NCBI GenBank assembly: GCA_964016885.1
Contig: CAXHJY010000876.1
Location: forward strand, 13,158-77,157
Direction of reading: 5' to 3'
Source: Eledone cirrhosa
Lineage: Eukaryota
DNA: 64,000 nt
Shown here: positions 34,518-49,409 of the stretch, one piece after another
Layout of the letters: every line of letters begins with the position of its first letter
Position numbering within the stretch: position 1 is the stretch's first letter
Translations under genes and position numbers: made by a program
The notes under the pieces: model-generated
The model's database searches: none
The model's input: only the letters and a program-made list of their open reading frames with translations
What the model was told of the DNA's origin: nothing

Positions 34518-34990
34518 GTACATATAATATATATATATATATAACTGAACAAAAAAGAAAAACGAACACAGACATATACATATATGTGTTCAAATCGTAA
34601 GGGACCAGATTCGCTAAGGTGAAGAGACTCACTATAGACAATAGGGTTTGCCAAATTGAGTCTGGCAAACCCCATTGTCTATAGTTAGTAGTCTCTTCAC
34701 CTTAGCGAATCTGGTCCCTTACGATTTGAACACATATATGTATATGTCTGTGTTCGTTTTTCTTTTTTGTTCAGTTATATTAGACGACTCGGAAAAATCT
34801 CTTTCCTAGAGCTAATTCATTGTAAGAGACTATTTTGAGTTCTAACTCAATATATGCCTTATATATACATATATTAATAAAAGGAATTCCAACTTTGTCT
34901 GATTTACTCGTTTTAATTACAATCCTTTAAAATTTATAATGGTATTAGAATGAAATAGTATGGTAGAATATTATATGTTAATTGTTAATT

Positions 34991-35023
34991 GAACAAGTAC
35001 TTTCATGCGCAATCTTCAGGTTC
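34991..35023 (-). ncRNA. Minimal hammerhead ribozyme in the spacer of inverted repeat 34871-35147
   Basis: Minus strand reads gaac-CTGAAGA-ttgcgcat-GAAAG-ta-CTT-gttc, with perfect stem I and palindromic stem III AGTACT. Confidence 0.65.
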
Positions 35024-35175
35024 ATATTCTGTGGTGACAGTCAAGTTTGCAATTTTCAACTATTTTATTCTAATACCATTACAAATTTTAAAGGATTGTA
35101 AATAAAACGAGTAAATCAGACAAAGTTGGAATTCCCTTTATTAATATAATCTTCTATACACAATCATACACACCC

Positions 35176-35221
<46 letters not shown>

Positions 35222-35249
35222 TATATATATTATACACGCACACACACAT

Positions 35250-35299
<50 letters not shown>

Positions 35300-35511
35300 T
35301 TATATGTATGTAACATAGATGTATAATATAAATGTATAACAGACATGCATTTACACATACATGTTTAAGTGTATGATAATTGTATAGTGTGTTAATCTAT
35401 TTGATATGTACTTAAATATTTATATATGTATATACATTGTATATGCATATGTATGTGTATATATTTACGTAATGTATATGTGCTAGCTTATAAAATATAT
35501 CAGAATGTACA

Positions 35512-35564
<53 letters not shown>

Positions 35565-35774
35565 TTCAAGAGTAACCAATCTTAAAGAGAGAGATGGAGA
35601 TAGGAGACGAGATAGGAGAGGAAAGATTGTATATATATGAATATATATGTATATATATGAATATATATGTATATATATGAATATATATGTATATATATGA
35701 ATATATATGTATATATATGAAAAGATTCATGACCCCTACGGCTGAGCTCCGGCCGTTTCGATAGCTAGATCCGA

Positions 35775-35851
<77 letters not shown>

Positions 35852-35882
35852 CATTCATTATTATTACGACTAAAAAGTCATA

Positions 35883-36003
<121 letters not shown>

Positions 36004-36271
36004 GTACGTTTGCATTTATGTATGTGTATGTGTATACATGTTTATGTATATTTATGTATAGTATATATACACTCACCCTAATACTTTCCGCCAAATCTTA
36101 GATCCCATCCCTATATTTTTTGCTCAATCCCCACCAACTTAACTTTATTAACTTTAATATAATTGACTTATGCTTTTATTATTATATTTTGTTAGAACTC
36201 TAGAATCTTTTGGGTGGAGCCTTGGGCCTCGCGGGCTTCCATATCGCGATATATTAATATAAAAGGGATGC

Positions 36272-37965
36272 AGGCACACAGATACACACACACACAGGCA
36301 CAGATAGATACATACACACACATGCACACATAGATACATACACAGACAGGCACACATAGATACATACACAGACTGGCACACATAGATACACACACAGACT
36401 GGCACATATAGATACACACACAGACAGGCACATATAGATACATACACAGGCAGGCACACATAGATACATACACAGACAGGCACATATAGATACATACACA
36501 GGCAGGCACACATAGATACATACACAGACAGGCACACATATATACATACACAGACTGGCACACATAGATACACACACAGACTGGCACATATAGATACACA
36601 CACAGACAGGCACATATAGATACATACACAGGCAGGCACACATAGATACATACACACACACAGGCACACATAGATACATACACAGACAGGCACACATAGA
36701 TACATACACACACAGGCACATATAGATACACACACAGGCAGGCACACATAGATACATACACAGACAGGCACACATAGATACATACACAGACAGACACACA
36801 TAGATACATACACAGACTGGCACACATAGATACACACACAGACTGGCACATATAGATACACACACAGGCAGGCACACATAGATACATACACAGACAGGCA
36901 CACATAGATACATACACAGACTGGCACATATAGATACATACACAGACTGGCACATATAGATACATACACAGACTGGCACATATAGATACATACACAGACT
37001 GGCACATATAGATACATACACAGACAGGTACACATAGATACACACAGAGGCAGGCACACATAGATACATACACAGACAGGCACATATAGATACACACACA
37101 GACTGACACATATAGATACATACACAGACAGGCACATATAGATACATACACAGACTGGCACACATAGATACATACACAGGCAGGCACATATAGATACATA
37201 CACAGACAGGTACACATAGATACACACAGACAGGCACACATAGATACATACACAGGCAGGCACACATAGATACATACACAGACTGGCACATATAGATACA
37301 CACAGACAGGGACATATAGATACACACAGAGGCAGGCACACATAGATACATACACAGACAGGCACATATAGATACATACACACACAGGCACACATAGACA
37401 CACACAGATAGGGACATATAGATACATACACAGACAGGCACACATAGATACATACACAGACAGGCACACATAGATACACACACACACACCCAGGCACACA
37501 GAGATACACACACACACACACACACAAGCACACAGAGATACACACACACCCAGGCACACAGAGATACACACACACACAGACAGGCACACATAGATACACA
37601 CACAGGCAGGCACACGTAGATACACACACACACAAGCACACAGAGATACACACACACCCAGGCACACAGAGATACACACACACACAGACAGGTACACGTA
37701 GATACATACACAGACAGGCACACATAGATACACACACAGGCAGGCACATATAGATACACACACACAGACAGGCACACGTAGATACATACGCAGACATGCA
37801 CACATAGATACACACACACACACACAGGCACACAGAGATACACACACACACAGACAGGCACACGTAGATACATACACACACAGGCACACAGAGATACACA
37901 CACACACACAGGCACATATAGATACATACACACACAGGCACACATAGATACATACACACACACAC
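36272..37965. repeat. 26-bp minisatellite cacagacaggcacacatagatacata derived from (CA)n
   Basis: About 60 tandem units. Confidence 0.9.
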
Positions 37966-38046
37966 GCAAATTGATGCCTCTTAAAATCTGAAGATGTGGT
38001 CAATATTGGACCTTTAAACTTAGGTAGCACTTTCATGTGTGTGTGA

Positions 38047-38121
<75 letters not shown>

Positions 38122-38387
38122 TGTGGTGCTGACCATTAGCCATGTAAGTACTCAATGCATGGAGAGATGTAGAGAGAATACAGAGATATGGAGAATCCCG
38201 ACCGCGGCGCCAAGCGGTTTCGAAAGCGGTCGGACTTTACACACACACACACACACTCACAAACGCACACACACACACAGAGACAGACAGACACACACAC
38301 ACACATATATATATACACATATACGTGTTTGTGCATAGAATAATAAAAAAAAAGCAGAAGTCAGATATAGGTAGATAGTTAGTTCGT

Positions 38388-38518
38388 TGTTTTACAATCG
38401 TTTCAGAGGGTCGATTGATCGATGCAGATCCATGTACCGACTAACATGGTAGTGGTTAAGTTGCTACCTATTTCTAGTCTCGAAATCCCTGTTCAATCGG
38501 CTGTCTTCTTCAGAAACA
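38388..38518 (-). ncRNA. Hammerhead ribozyme with about 100-nt stem II domain
   Basis: Minus strand reads tgttt-CTGAAGA-agacagccgattga...tcaatcgaccctct-GAAAC-gatt-GTA-aaaca. Confidence 0.65.
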
Positions 38519-38530
38519 CTAAACTACAAA

Positions 38531-38626
<96 letters not shown>

Positions 38627-38689
38627 GCTCTTGCTGTATGTAAATATATCTCTTTATTTGGTTATATATATATGTGTGTGTGTGTGTGT

Positions 38690-38693
38690 GCGC

Positions 38694-38725
<32 letters not shown>

Positions 38726-39056
38726 GTGTGTGCGTAAAAAAATAATAAATAATTTGTCGATCGACTTTCGTCAAATTGGACCGAGGAAACTATGTTTCCT
38801 TTGGTCTTTCCAATTGGTAATACTATCTATCGGTCGCAACTCCAGGTAGGAGGGCAACGTGAAATAAAGTGTGTTTCTCAAAGACATGACGCATCCTCCA
38901 GTTCTCTAACCAATCAGCCATACGCCTTCTTATATATATTTATGTGTGCAACTAGATGAGGGAACCAAGCTGAAAGTGACTGCGACTTTTCTACTTTGAA
39001 AATTAATTCCTACACTCTACCAACAAGTAATTAGCGATCATTTCCTTAATGGTTGG

Positions 39057-39112
<56 letters not shown>

Positions 39113-39363
39113 GTGTAGTTTTTCCAAATTGAAGGATGAGTATTTTAAACTTTATTTTATTCTGAGTTAAGGCTCTATTGATTTTTCCCTGGATTTCACC
39201 AAATTCCGTGGATGAATCTATATCCTGATTCTTTTTGAATTGAGTTTGAATTATTTTCCCACATCTTACGTTAACTATTTTTCCATTTTGACGCTATAGT
39301 CACATATATTATGGAATACTGTTGGCTTCTTGCTACAATAATTTCTATACTTTTCATTTATAT

Positions 39364-39422
<59 letters not shown>

Positions 39423-39870
39423 ATGTATGTATGTATGTATTACAGTATGTGTTTAAAATGCCGTAGTATAGAAAACATCCAACCATTAAGGAAACGACCG
39501 CTAATTACTTGTTGGTTGTGTGTAGGAATTAATTTTCAAAGTAGAAAAGTCGCAGTCACTTTCAGCTTGGTTCCCTCATCTAGTTGCACACATAAATATA
39601 TATAAGAAGGCGTATGGCTGCTTGGTTAGAGAACTGGATTCGCAATCGTGAGGTTGTCATTTCGATTCTTGGACTGGGGGATGCGTCATGTCCTTGAGAA
39701 AGACACTTTATTTCACGTTGCCCCTCCTACCTGGAGTTGCGACCGATAGATAGTATTACCAATTGGAAAGACCAAAGGAAACATAGTTTCCTCGGTCCAA
39801 TTTGACGAAAGTCGATCGACAAATTATTTATTATTTTTTTACGCACACACACACACACACACACACACGC
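38690..39870. repeat. Local inverted duplication (about 38690-39063 vs 39472-39870) containing a SINE head
   Basis: The arms are reverse complements. The left arm lacks about 40 bp lying between two actgg motifs. Confidence 0.85.
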
Positions 39871-40195
39871 ACATACACATATATATATATTTATATAATA
39901 TACATGTATAATATAATGATCAGAAACATACTCTAATATATACATACATGCAGACATGCAAACATATCTACCTAGTTGATGTTGTGTAAATTGCAATGGG
40001 AGAGTCTTGTAACTATGCTAGAAACCGACTCTCTCTTTATTGGAAAATATTTGTGAAATTATAAAACCAGAAGAACATACATACATATATATACCCCCCC
40101 CCCCCCCCACACATATATATAATGATCAGAAACACATTTTCGTAGAGCCAACACACCATTCCAGGCCTATTTAAAAGACGGTATATATATGTATA

Positions 40196-40251
<56 letters not shown>

Positions 40252-40361
40252 CACACATATATATATATATGACTGTGCAAATGGCAAGCGTTGAGATGAC
40301 ATTTTACTAGCCTGAATTAAATGCTTGCTTACCTTACATACCCTATTAGATATGTTGACCG

Positions 40362-40392
<31 letters not shown>

Positions 40393-40857
40393 TATGACGA
40401 TGTGTCCCAGCTGTTTGTTAAAAGGAACTTTCGACTTGTTAAATTAATTTGTCATGTAGCCAAGTATTCTACAGAGACGTGTATTCTTAACGAAATTCTC
40501 AGGAATATTCTACATAACAGTGTAAGACATGGCTGTCCTTTTGAATGACAGGTGCAATCAACTTCAGCGCCTGGGTATTCTTCCAAATAAATAGTGTCAA
40601 CTTAGAGTTTAGCAAGCTAACAAACCTAGCTTTTCACTCACTATAAGAAAACGACTCAGCCTGCATTTTCTACTATATAGTCCACATGATACTATCCGAC
40701 TCTCTTTAGATATTTCCACAATGCTGCTACGCGGTAAAGATATTAAGTGATTTATTTATTGATCGCAGGAAAGTGTATATTATATACCATCATATAAGTT
40801 ATTCATACAAGTTTGTATAAAACTCATCTTTTCTGGTTTAGAAATTCGTCTATCAGT

Positions 40858-41125
40858 GGAGACTCGTGTGTTAGTGGTAAGAGTGTTGCACTTGCTATCG
40901 TAATGCCGTGAGTTCGGTTCTTGGGCTGGGTTGTGCGTTGTGTTTATGAACAAAACACTTCATTTCACGTTGCTCCAGTGTACTCAACTGAAAATGAATA
41001 TCAGCAATAGCTGGGAGGTTTATCCCTTCGATGGACTCGCGTCCTCTCCAGGGCGAAGTCTTGTATTCTCAGTCGCTTTATGCCACAGAAACCGGGATAA
41101 GCTCCGGCCTGATTAGCTTCCGGGC
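40858..41125 (+). mobile_element. Second tRNA-derived SINE family copy
   Basis: Box A tagtggtaagag, box B gagttcggttc and body acacttcatttcacgttgctccagt. Related heads lie at 39608-39725 (+), 38853-38930 (-) and 52826 (+). Confidence 0.7.
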
Positions 41126-42640
41126 TCGAGACAGACTTTAGAATTCGTCTGTCTGATGTCTGTGTTGTAGGCAGCCGTCTAGTTGGTGTTGATGGTATCG
41201 CCAGATTTGGGTACAATCCATACGACGGGTTTCTAAACATTTTCCGTTTACCCAATTTCACTCACAAGGTTTTGGTGGACCTGAAGCTATGGAAAAAGAC
41301 ACTTTACCTAAGATGCCTCCCTCAGGTATCGAAACCGTAAACCTCTTTTTTCTGGAGACAGCTTTCTTATCGCTTCAGTTAGGGTTTTGTTGTATTTTTG
41401 TAACAGTTTCCAGTGAATTCAGCATACCTGAATAGTTAAAGGGGTTCACTTCGCAATGATTAGGGTATGGGTCCAATCACACTGCATGGTATCCTCAACA
41501 AATGCCATTTAGGGTTAGGGTTAGAGTTAGGGTTAGGACAGACCCATACCTTGTGAGTGAAAATAAGTAGACGGAAACGTATTTGGGAGTCCGTCTGATA
41601 GACTTTATCGCTAATTCAAAGGGCCAACCTTGTGTCATTTTGAATCTCCCTGAGTGAGAATTTCGTAAAAATTAAATGTGTCTGTGGAATGCTCAGCCAC
41701 TCGTATGTTAATTTAACGCGTCGACAGTTCCTTTGACCGAACAACTACAACACTTGAATCTCCCTGAGGATTCCGTAAAAATTAAATGTGTCTGTGGAAT
41801 GCTCAGCCACTTGCATGGTAATTTAACACGTCGAAAGTTCATTTGATCGAACAACTGGAACACCCGAATCTCCCTGAGAATTACGTTAAGAATACACGTG
41901 TCTGTGGAACGCCCGGTCACTTACTTGCATGTTAATTTTACGAACAGACAGTTCAGTAGATTGGAGAGCTGGGACACGTACTGTCAGAAGTGAAGGATGA
42001 TGATGATGATGATGGTGATGATGATGGTGATGATGATGATGATGATGATGGTGATGATTGCGGTGGTGATAATGACGGTGGTGATGACGGTGATGAAGAT
42101 GACGATGGTGGTGGTGATGATGATGATGATGATGGCGATGATGATAATGATGGCGATGGTGATGATGATGATAATGACGATTATTATGATGATGATGATG
42201 ATGATGATGATGAGGATAATGACGACGACAGTGGCGACGATGGCGATGATATTGATGATGATGATGACGATAATACTGCTGCTGCTAATGAAGGTGATGA
42301 TGATAACGAATGATGATGATGACAATGATGATGGTGACAATGATGATGATGACAATGATGATGATGACAATGATGATGATAACGAATGATGATGATGACA
42401 ATGATGATGATGACAATGATGATGATGACAATGATGATGATACAACGGTTTCCAGATTCCGGTGATTTCGTATATCGATATCGAGTATTTGAAGAGGTTT
42501 TCCAGTGCAATAAGATACTTTAGGCTTCTCTTCAGCCCCTGCGGCTTCTTCAGGTTTGGCATTTCTCACATACGTTTCTCACTATCTCCATGGAAAGACC
42601 TTATCAAAGTCATGATCGGCGTAGAGGATATTTATCTCGA

Positions 42641-43470
42641 GTGTGTGTGGAGGAGAGGTGTTGTGAGGGTTGTGGGCGATGTGGGGTTAGGGTTTGTGTG
42701 GAGGAGAGGTGTTGTGAGGGTTGTGTGTGTTGTGTGGTTGTGTGGTTGTGGGGTTAGGGTTTGTGTGGAGGAGAGGTGTTGTGAGGGTTGTGTGTGTTGT
42801 GTGGTTGTGGGGTTAGGGGTTGTGTGGAGGGGTGTTGTGAGGGTTGTGGGCGTTGTGGAGGGGTGTTGTGAGGGTTGTGTGTGTTGTGTGGTTGTGTGGT
42901 TGTGGGGTTAGGGTTTGTGTGGAGGGGTGTTGTGAGGGTTGTGGGCGTTGTGGGGTTAGGGTTTGTGTGGAGGAGAGGTGTTGTGAGGGTTGTGTGTGTT
43001 GTGTGGTTGTGTGGTTGTGGGGTTAGGGTTTGTGTGGAGGGGTGTTGTGAGGGTTGTGGGCGTTGTGGGGTTAGGGTTTGTGTGGAGGGGTGTTGTTGTG
43101 AGGGTTGTGTGTGTTGTGTGGTTGTGTGGTTGTGGGGTTAGGGTTTGTGTGGAGGGGTGTTGTGAGGGTTGTGGGCGTTGTGGGGTTAGGGTTTGTGTGG
43201 AGGGGTGTTGTGAGGGTTGTGTGTGTTGTGTGGTTGTGTGGTTGTGGGGTTAGGGTTTGTGTGGAGGGGTGTTGTGAGGGTTGTGGGCGTTGTGGGGTTA
43301 GGGTTTGTGTGGAGGGGTGTTGTGAGGGTTGTGTGTGTTGTGTGGTTGTGTGGTTGTGGGGTTAGGGTTTGTGTGGAGGGGTGTTGTGAGGGTTGTGTGT
43401 GTTGTGTGTGTTGTGTGGTTGTGTGGTTGTGTGTTTGTTGGTTTGTGTGGTTGTGTGGTTGTGTGGTTGA
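42641..43470. repeat. G/T-rich minisatellite with about 112-bp higher-order period and embedded GGGGTTAGGG
   Basis: Equivalent positions at 43105, 43217 and 43329. Confidence 0.85.
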
Positions 43471-43487
43471 ATGATTTCTTTATTTTA

Positions 43488-43678
43488 GTAATTGTTTCTA
43501 CTTTTTGGCACAAGGCCAGCAATTACCCAATGCATTACTGGTACTTTATTTTATCGACCTCGTAAGGATAAAAGGAAAAGTTAACCTCGGCGGGATTTGA
43601 ACTCAGAATGGAAAGGGCCGTATCTCTGTGCGTCAAAGCATGGCGTCCGACCCTCTACAGGTACTGTCAATCCAGCGC
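43488..43678 (-). mobile_element. Full-length SINE
   Basis: Reverse complement of the 191-bp unit. Confidence 0.85.
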
Positions 43679-43997
43679 CATTCATTTTTTTTTATTTTAA
43701 TAATGATTAGCAGAATGGCCCGGCGCTGCTCGGGATTCTAAACATAGATTGGCATGTTTATCCTTCCTTTCTGAAACAGTTTCGTTGTATGTTCACCAAT
43801 TGATGCAGAAGTCCTAATAAAAAGTAAAGTCGCCTTGGGTGAATAGGCAAATAGTTTTCCATTAAGATTTTTCAAAAGCATGTAATTGCGTTCCCTCTCT
43901 TTTTGTGGTTGTTTTTGCTGGTGTCGAACCTCGTGAAATAAATACGTTTGTTTATATTTTGTTATTGTGTATGCAAAAATATCTGTACACGAATATA

Positions 43998-44089
<92 letters not shown>

Positions 44090-44239
44090 TAACAGATTAA
44101 AGTTTAAGCAAATAATCGATGCTTTCACCCTTAACGGGATCTTCTGAAACTAAACATATCAATCTGTGAACGCAGAAGTAAATATTTCGAAAAACGTTAC
44201 ACACTATATATATATATATATACACATACATTATATATA

Positions 44240-44561
44240 CATATATATACACACACAGATAGTGTCATAATGTCGTAATGGAGACAGTCAGTCATACAGA
44301 CAGATATTATAAGGGCGCGACGTTATAGCTATGTATCTATCTAAAAAGGCAGGCTAAGGAAAGACAGAGAGATCGCTAAACGGCGCCTAATGCGGTCCCT
44401 AGGGCATTGAAAATTTGAAATATTTTTTGGTCAAAACAGTCACAGGACCATAAGTATTACATGTGTAAAGTTTGAAAATAATCGGTTGGGTGGTTCTCGA
44501 GTTTTAGGGAGTCAGTCAGACAGATAGACAGACAAACATTCTCTGTTTTAAATATATAGAT
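44240..44561 (+). mobile_element. Probable non-autonomous Helitron-like element (3' part)
   Basis: The string aaagtttgaaaataatcggttgggtggttctcgagtt...(CAGA)n...tttaaatatatagat resembles Lep1-type non-autonomous Helitron 3' regions. Confidence 0.45.
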
Positions 44562-44592
44562 GATGATGATGCTCCCGAGAAGGAGAAGGAAA

Positions 44593-44649
<57 letters not shown>

Positions 44650-44817
44650 CGTAGTAGTGGTAGAAGAAGAAGGTGACGAAGAAGAAAGTAGACTGAAGTT
44701 TACGAAGGTCAAGGAAAATTTGGGGTCTTGGGTAAACGTTGTCGTCAAAGAATTATTAAATTACGCTTATTGCTTATATTACTACACACTCCGTCATTTT
44801 TGACAGGTACTACGCTA

Positions 44818-44851
<34 letters not shown>

Positions 44852-46163
44852 ATCGCTGAGTTTTAGAGTGAAAGAAAGGGAAACAATGGAAAATATATAT
44901 AACAATAAAATTGTGGAAAGTTCAATGAAAAAACACAAACTTTGGAATAAATATGAAAAATATGAGAAAACCATGGAAAAATTACTGAAATTAAACTGTA
45001 AACCTTACACATACATACAATATATGACATACACTCACACAATATAAACGACATACACTTACACAATACGTATGCACACATTTGCATAATATATTACCAT
45101 GTACATACACTTACCCAATATATATACGTACGCATAATCATATATATAAATACACACAATATGTGCACACATTTACACAATACATATACATACACAAAAC
45201 ATACACACACATACACAGTAGATGCACATATTATTGATATTACGATTTGCTTAAAAACATTATTTTTGTTAATTCGTGATAAAACACACACATACTCACA
45301 TACATATACGTACACTTACATACACGAATAATCACACATGCACGCACATACACGAAAGCATGTTGAAGCATGTTGCATATTAAACATACATATGTACAAC
45401 GATATACGTGCATATATATATATATATATATATATGCAGGCATATATAATGCATACATAAATACGTACGAACATATATACATTCATGCATACGTAGATTC
45501 GCCCACACACACGCACACGCACACACACACGCATATATATATATATAGAGAGAGATATATATACACTATATATATATATGTATATATATATATATAGAGA
45601 TAGATATATATACACTGACATATTCATATGAACATATCCATATATATAATCACATACACAGGCACAAACGTTCGCATATGCACAAATATATATATATACA
45701 AAGACACACACCTACTCGCGCATATATATATATATATATATATACACACAACCACACACACATATATATATGTATATATATATACACACAGATACATATA
45801 TAGACGTTCATTCACAGATACATACGCAATTTAAAATATTGCGAACGTGATGTTTTTTTATGTGCATATTTATTTTAATTATCTTATTGTAACAAGCCGA
45901 CAGGCACACACACATACACATACACACACATACACATATATGCACATATATGCACATATATGCACATAATATATCTATATATTGTACACATATTGCGCGC
46001 TCTCACACACATACATGCATAGTTGAAGTTATGCACATGTCTACATAAAATTGAATACATACATTCGTTCATACATGTAAGCATACATCCGTATATACAT
46101 ATCTACGAGCATAAATGCGTGTATGTATACTTGTGCAAATGCACAAGTATACATACATGAATG

Positions 46164-46195
<32 letters not shown>

Positions 46196-46239
46196 GATAG
46201 ATAGATAAGATAGATTTAGATATAGATATATATATATTT

Positions 46240-46298
<59 letters not shown>

Positions 46299-46632
46299 CA
46301 GATAGTATATCTATACATACGCCCAAATTTATGTATACACATAGATACCTACACGCTCAAGTACACATACCTACACGCTCAAGTATACATGCCTACATGC
46401 TCAAGTATACATGCCTACATGCTCAAGTATACATGCCTACATACACGTGCTTACATACATGTAGTTACAGATAAACTTTCTTTCGCTGTATCACTGTTTC
46501 CAATCCCGTATCGATCTGTTTATCAATTTCTCTTTGATATTCATACTTACATATATGCATGCATAAATACATACATACATGCATACATAAATACATACAT
46601 ACATAAATACATACATACATACATATATACAT

Positions 46633-47146
46633 GGTGGCTACCAACTCGTTTTCGAGTACGGCCACTACTTTATATCCATGTAGGAGAACCCCTACCGATG
46701 CGCTGAACAGGTGTGACTTTTTAGTCCAGCCAGCGACTTGAAAACTCTGGTACAAACACTACACTTGTGACAATTATTGACACATAGTGCTGGGCCCATG
46801 GTACCATGTGACGACAAGTTCAGAGAGATCTCCAGATATAAAGCAATGCCTGTGCCGCGAAGCTTTTATAGTGAGCAAAGGCACTGCACAAAGCCAGTCC
46901 CACTCTCTTAACCAAGATGATATTTACCAAAAAGAAGAACAAGTCAACATCATTGGATACCATCAGGGTTGCAGGTGTTATATCAGAGTTTTCCTTCTCC
47001 TAGAATTCTGCCTTGACAAAGGCTAAGGGGTCATCTTTCCCGGTGATTTTGGATGGCCATTGACTCTTAAGAGCTTCTTTGCCCTTTGACAGGTTTTGTG
47101 TTTAGTCCTTCAGGATGTCCAAAGTCACCCTCCTCACCAAGAAACC
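46633..47146 (-). mobile_element. 5'-truncated copy of the non-autonomous RTE-derived element
   Basis: Highly similar to 19125 to about 19630, with (ACAT)n on both sides. Confidence 0.8.
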
Positions 47147-47238
47147 ATACATGCATACATACATACATACATATATTCATACATACATACATACATACAT
47201 ACATACATACATACATACATACATACATACACACACAT

Positions 47239-47275
<37 letters not shown>

Positions 47276-47728
47276 ACACGCACACATATATAATATCGTA
47301 TTTCTAGAAGCGTTGAGCTAAGCTCCATAATTTTTACTTCGGTATCAGTGTTGCCTGAATTCGAGCCTTGTAAGCGACGCTGTTCACAATGTATGTCTCT
47401 TGGGTCTTATATAACCAACTCTTAATTTAAAAAGTAAGATTCATATATATATACATATATATATACATATATATATACATATACATTTATATATACTTAT
47501 ACATATATATCGTCTTCTGGTTGCAACGTTTTTTGAAATATCCAGTTCTGCGTTTACAGATTGACTTTGTTAGTTTCAGAAGATCCCGTTAAGGGTGAAA
47601 GCAGCGATTCTTTGCTTAAACTTTAATCTGTTATTTTAATAAATATTTGCTCTAGGGTTCTTATATATTTGATATATATTTTCCTTATCGAGCCCTCTTT
47701 GGATTTTAGTCTTCAATTTTATTATTAT

Positions 47729-47762
<34 letters not shown>

Positions 47763-47841
47763 TGTATATATATACTGTATATATATAGTAAAAGAATGAA
47801 GAGTAACATGGTTGTCTGTACAATAAGGGGCTTTCTTTCAA

Positions 47842-47952
47842 GTACTGACAATTGTTTCATTGATCAGGTGAGTCTAGAGGTCACTAATCGCTTGAAGTTG
47901 CGTCACTCGATCTCCAATACATTATTTACCTCTAATCAACACATCAGAGTAC
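47842..47952 (-). ncRNA. Hammerhead ribozyme with long stem II (A9 mutated)
   Basis: Minus strand reads gtact-CTGATGT-gttgatta...tgatcaat-GAAAC-aatt-GTC-agtac. It appears to be the same family as inverted repeat 22432-22629. Confidence 0.6.
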
Positions 47953-48015
<63 letters not shown>

Positions 48016-48188
48016 TGTATATATAAGGTATGAATCGAAGTTGTAGCTTCCACATATAGCAGGACCCCCACGGCTGACTTATTCATATAAGCATACTCTA
48101 CTAGCCCTAGTATCGAGTAGTTTGGTGAGTAATGATCTATCCAATTTCTTACTGAATCCATCTTGATTTACATACATATATATATACC

Positions 48189-48260
<72 letters not shown>

Positions 48261-48265
48261 TATAT

Positions 48266-48455
48266 GGAAAAAATCAGGACCTCGGCGTCTGAACTCCGCC
48301 CGTTTCGACCGCTAGATCCGAACTAGCTGTCGAAACGGCCGGAGCTCAGCCGTCGGGGTCCTGACTCTTTTCCTATTACCCACTCTACTACCCTAAGTAT
48401 CGAGTACTCTGGTGCGTTATGGTCCACTGGTATCTTACTACACTTTCTTTGTTAT
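48266..48455. mobile_element. Penelope-like family A terminus with fold-back (loop 48316-48322)
   Basis: Same family as 8485-8680, with the hairpin centred in the stem II 3' strand. Confidence 0.75.
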
Positions 48456-48613
48456 ATATATGTAAGTGGGTTTTGATATATATGTATATCGGATCTCTGC
48501 GGTTGCAATGACAGAAATCATCTCGCCACTGACGTGAACCTAAACATCGAATGCTCACCTGGGTGAAACTTCAGTAACTTCACGTTACACTCCCTGGATA
48601 TATATATATATAG

Positions 48614-48665
<52 letters not shown>

Positions 48666-49409
48666 GTGTGTATGAGTGAGTGAGTGAGTGAGTGAGTTTA
48701 TATATATATATATATATCAATCTTTCGATTAACGAAACTAATATATACTAATATATACTATCGAAACTAATATAAACTTCGGTGTCAGAAACTTCTTTAT
48801 CAGAGGAAGTTAAAACAGTTTTTATGCATTTAAGTTATTTTAATTATCGAAAGAAATACACATTTATTGAAAAAAAACCAAACAAACACAAACACAAGGC
48901 CGATAATATGCGTGCATATACAGAAAATAATCCTTTTAGCATGATTATATAAAATCCAATAAAAAAGAAATATACAGTTTCTTTATTTTGTGCAACTAGC
49001 CACTTTCTCTAAAACTATAAGAAGAAACAATCTCCTAAAAATATATATATGATACTACTGGTTCTGTTTATCACCATTCACTTTCATCAATTGATTTGAG
49101 ATTTAGATACTTTCTAATGCACCCGAAACTCCTGATGGAATCTTAGGCCTGTCGGTGTGTGTTGGGCTTTTTACACCCGGCAGAACCCATCCCTCTCAAG
49201 GTCTGAACACGGTCGACTTCTTCAAGAAAAGGAGAGAGTAAGAAAGAGATGTAGAGGAAGAATCGACCTCAATATTAGATTCGTACTTTTTTATCGACTG
49301 CTAAAGGATGAAAGGTAAAATTGACCTCGGTGGTAGATCTTGCTGGTTGTGTAATGCATGGAGGCTTCGTTCGTAGTTTGGATGATCGTCTTGTAGGAGT
49401 TGTATTGCT

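Noticed and set aside
42441-42640. GC-balanced unique island as a possible DODA exon 2
   Set aside because: No frame gives V.QLSL/GSG/HN motifs. Candidate acceptors at about 43780 and 49749 also hit stops quickly.
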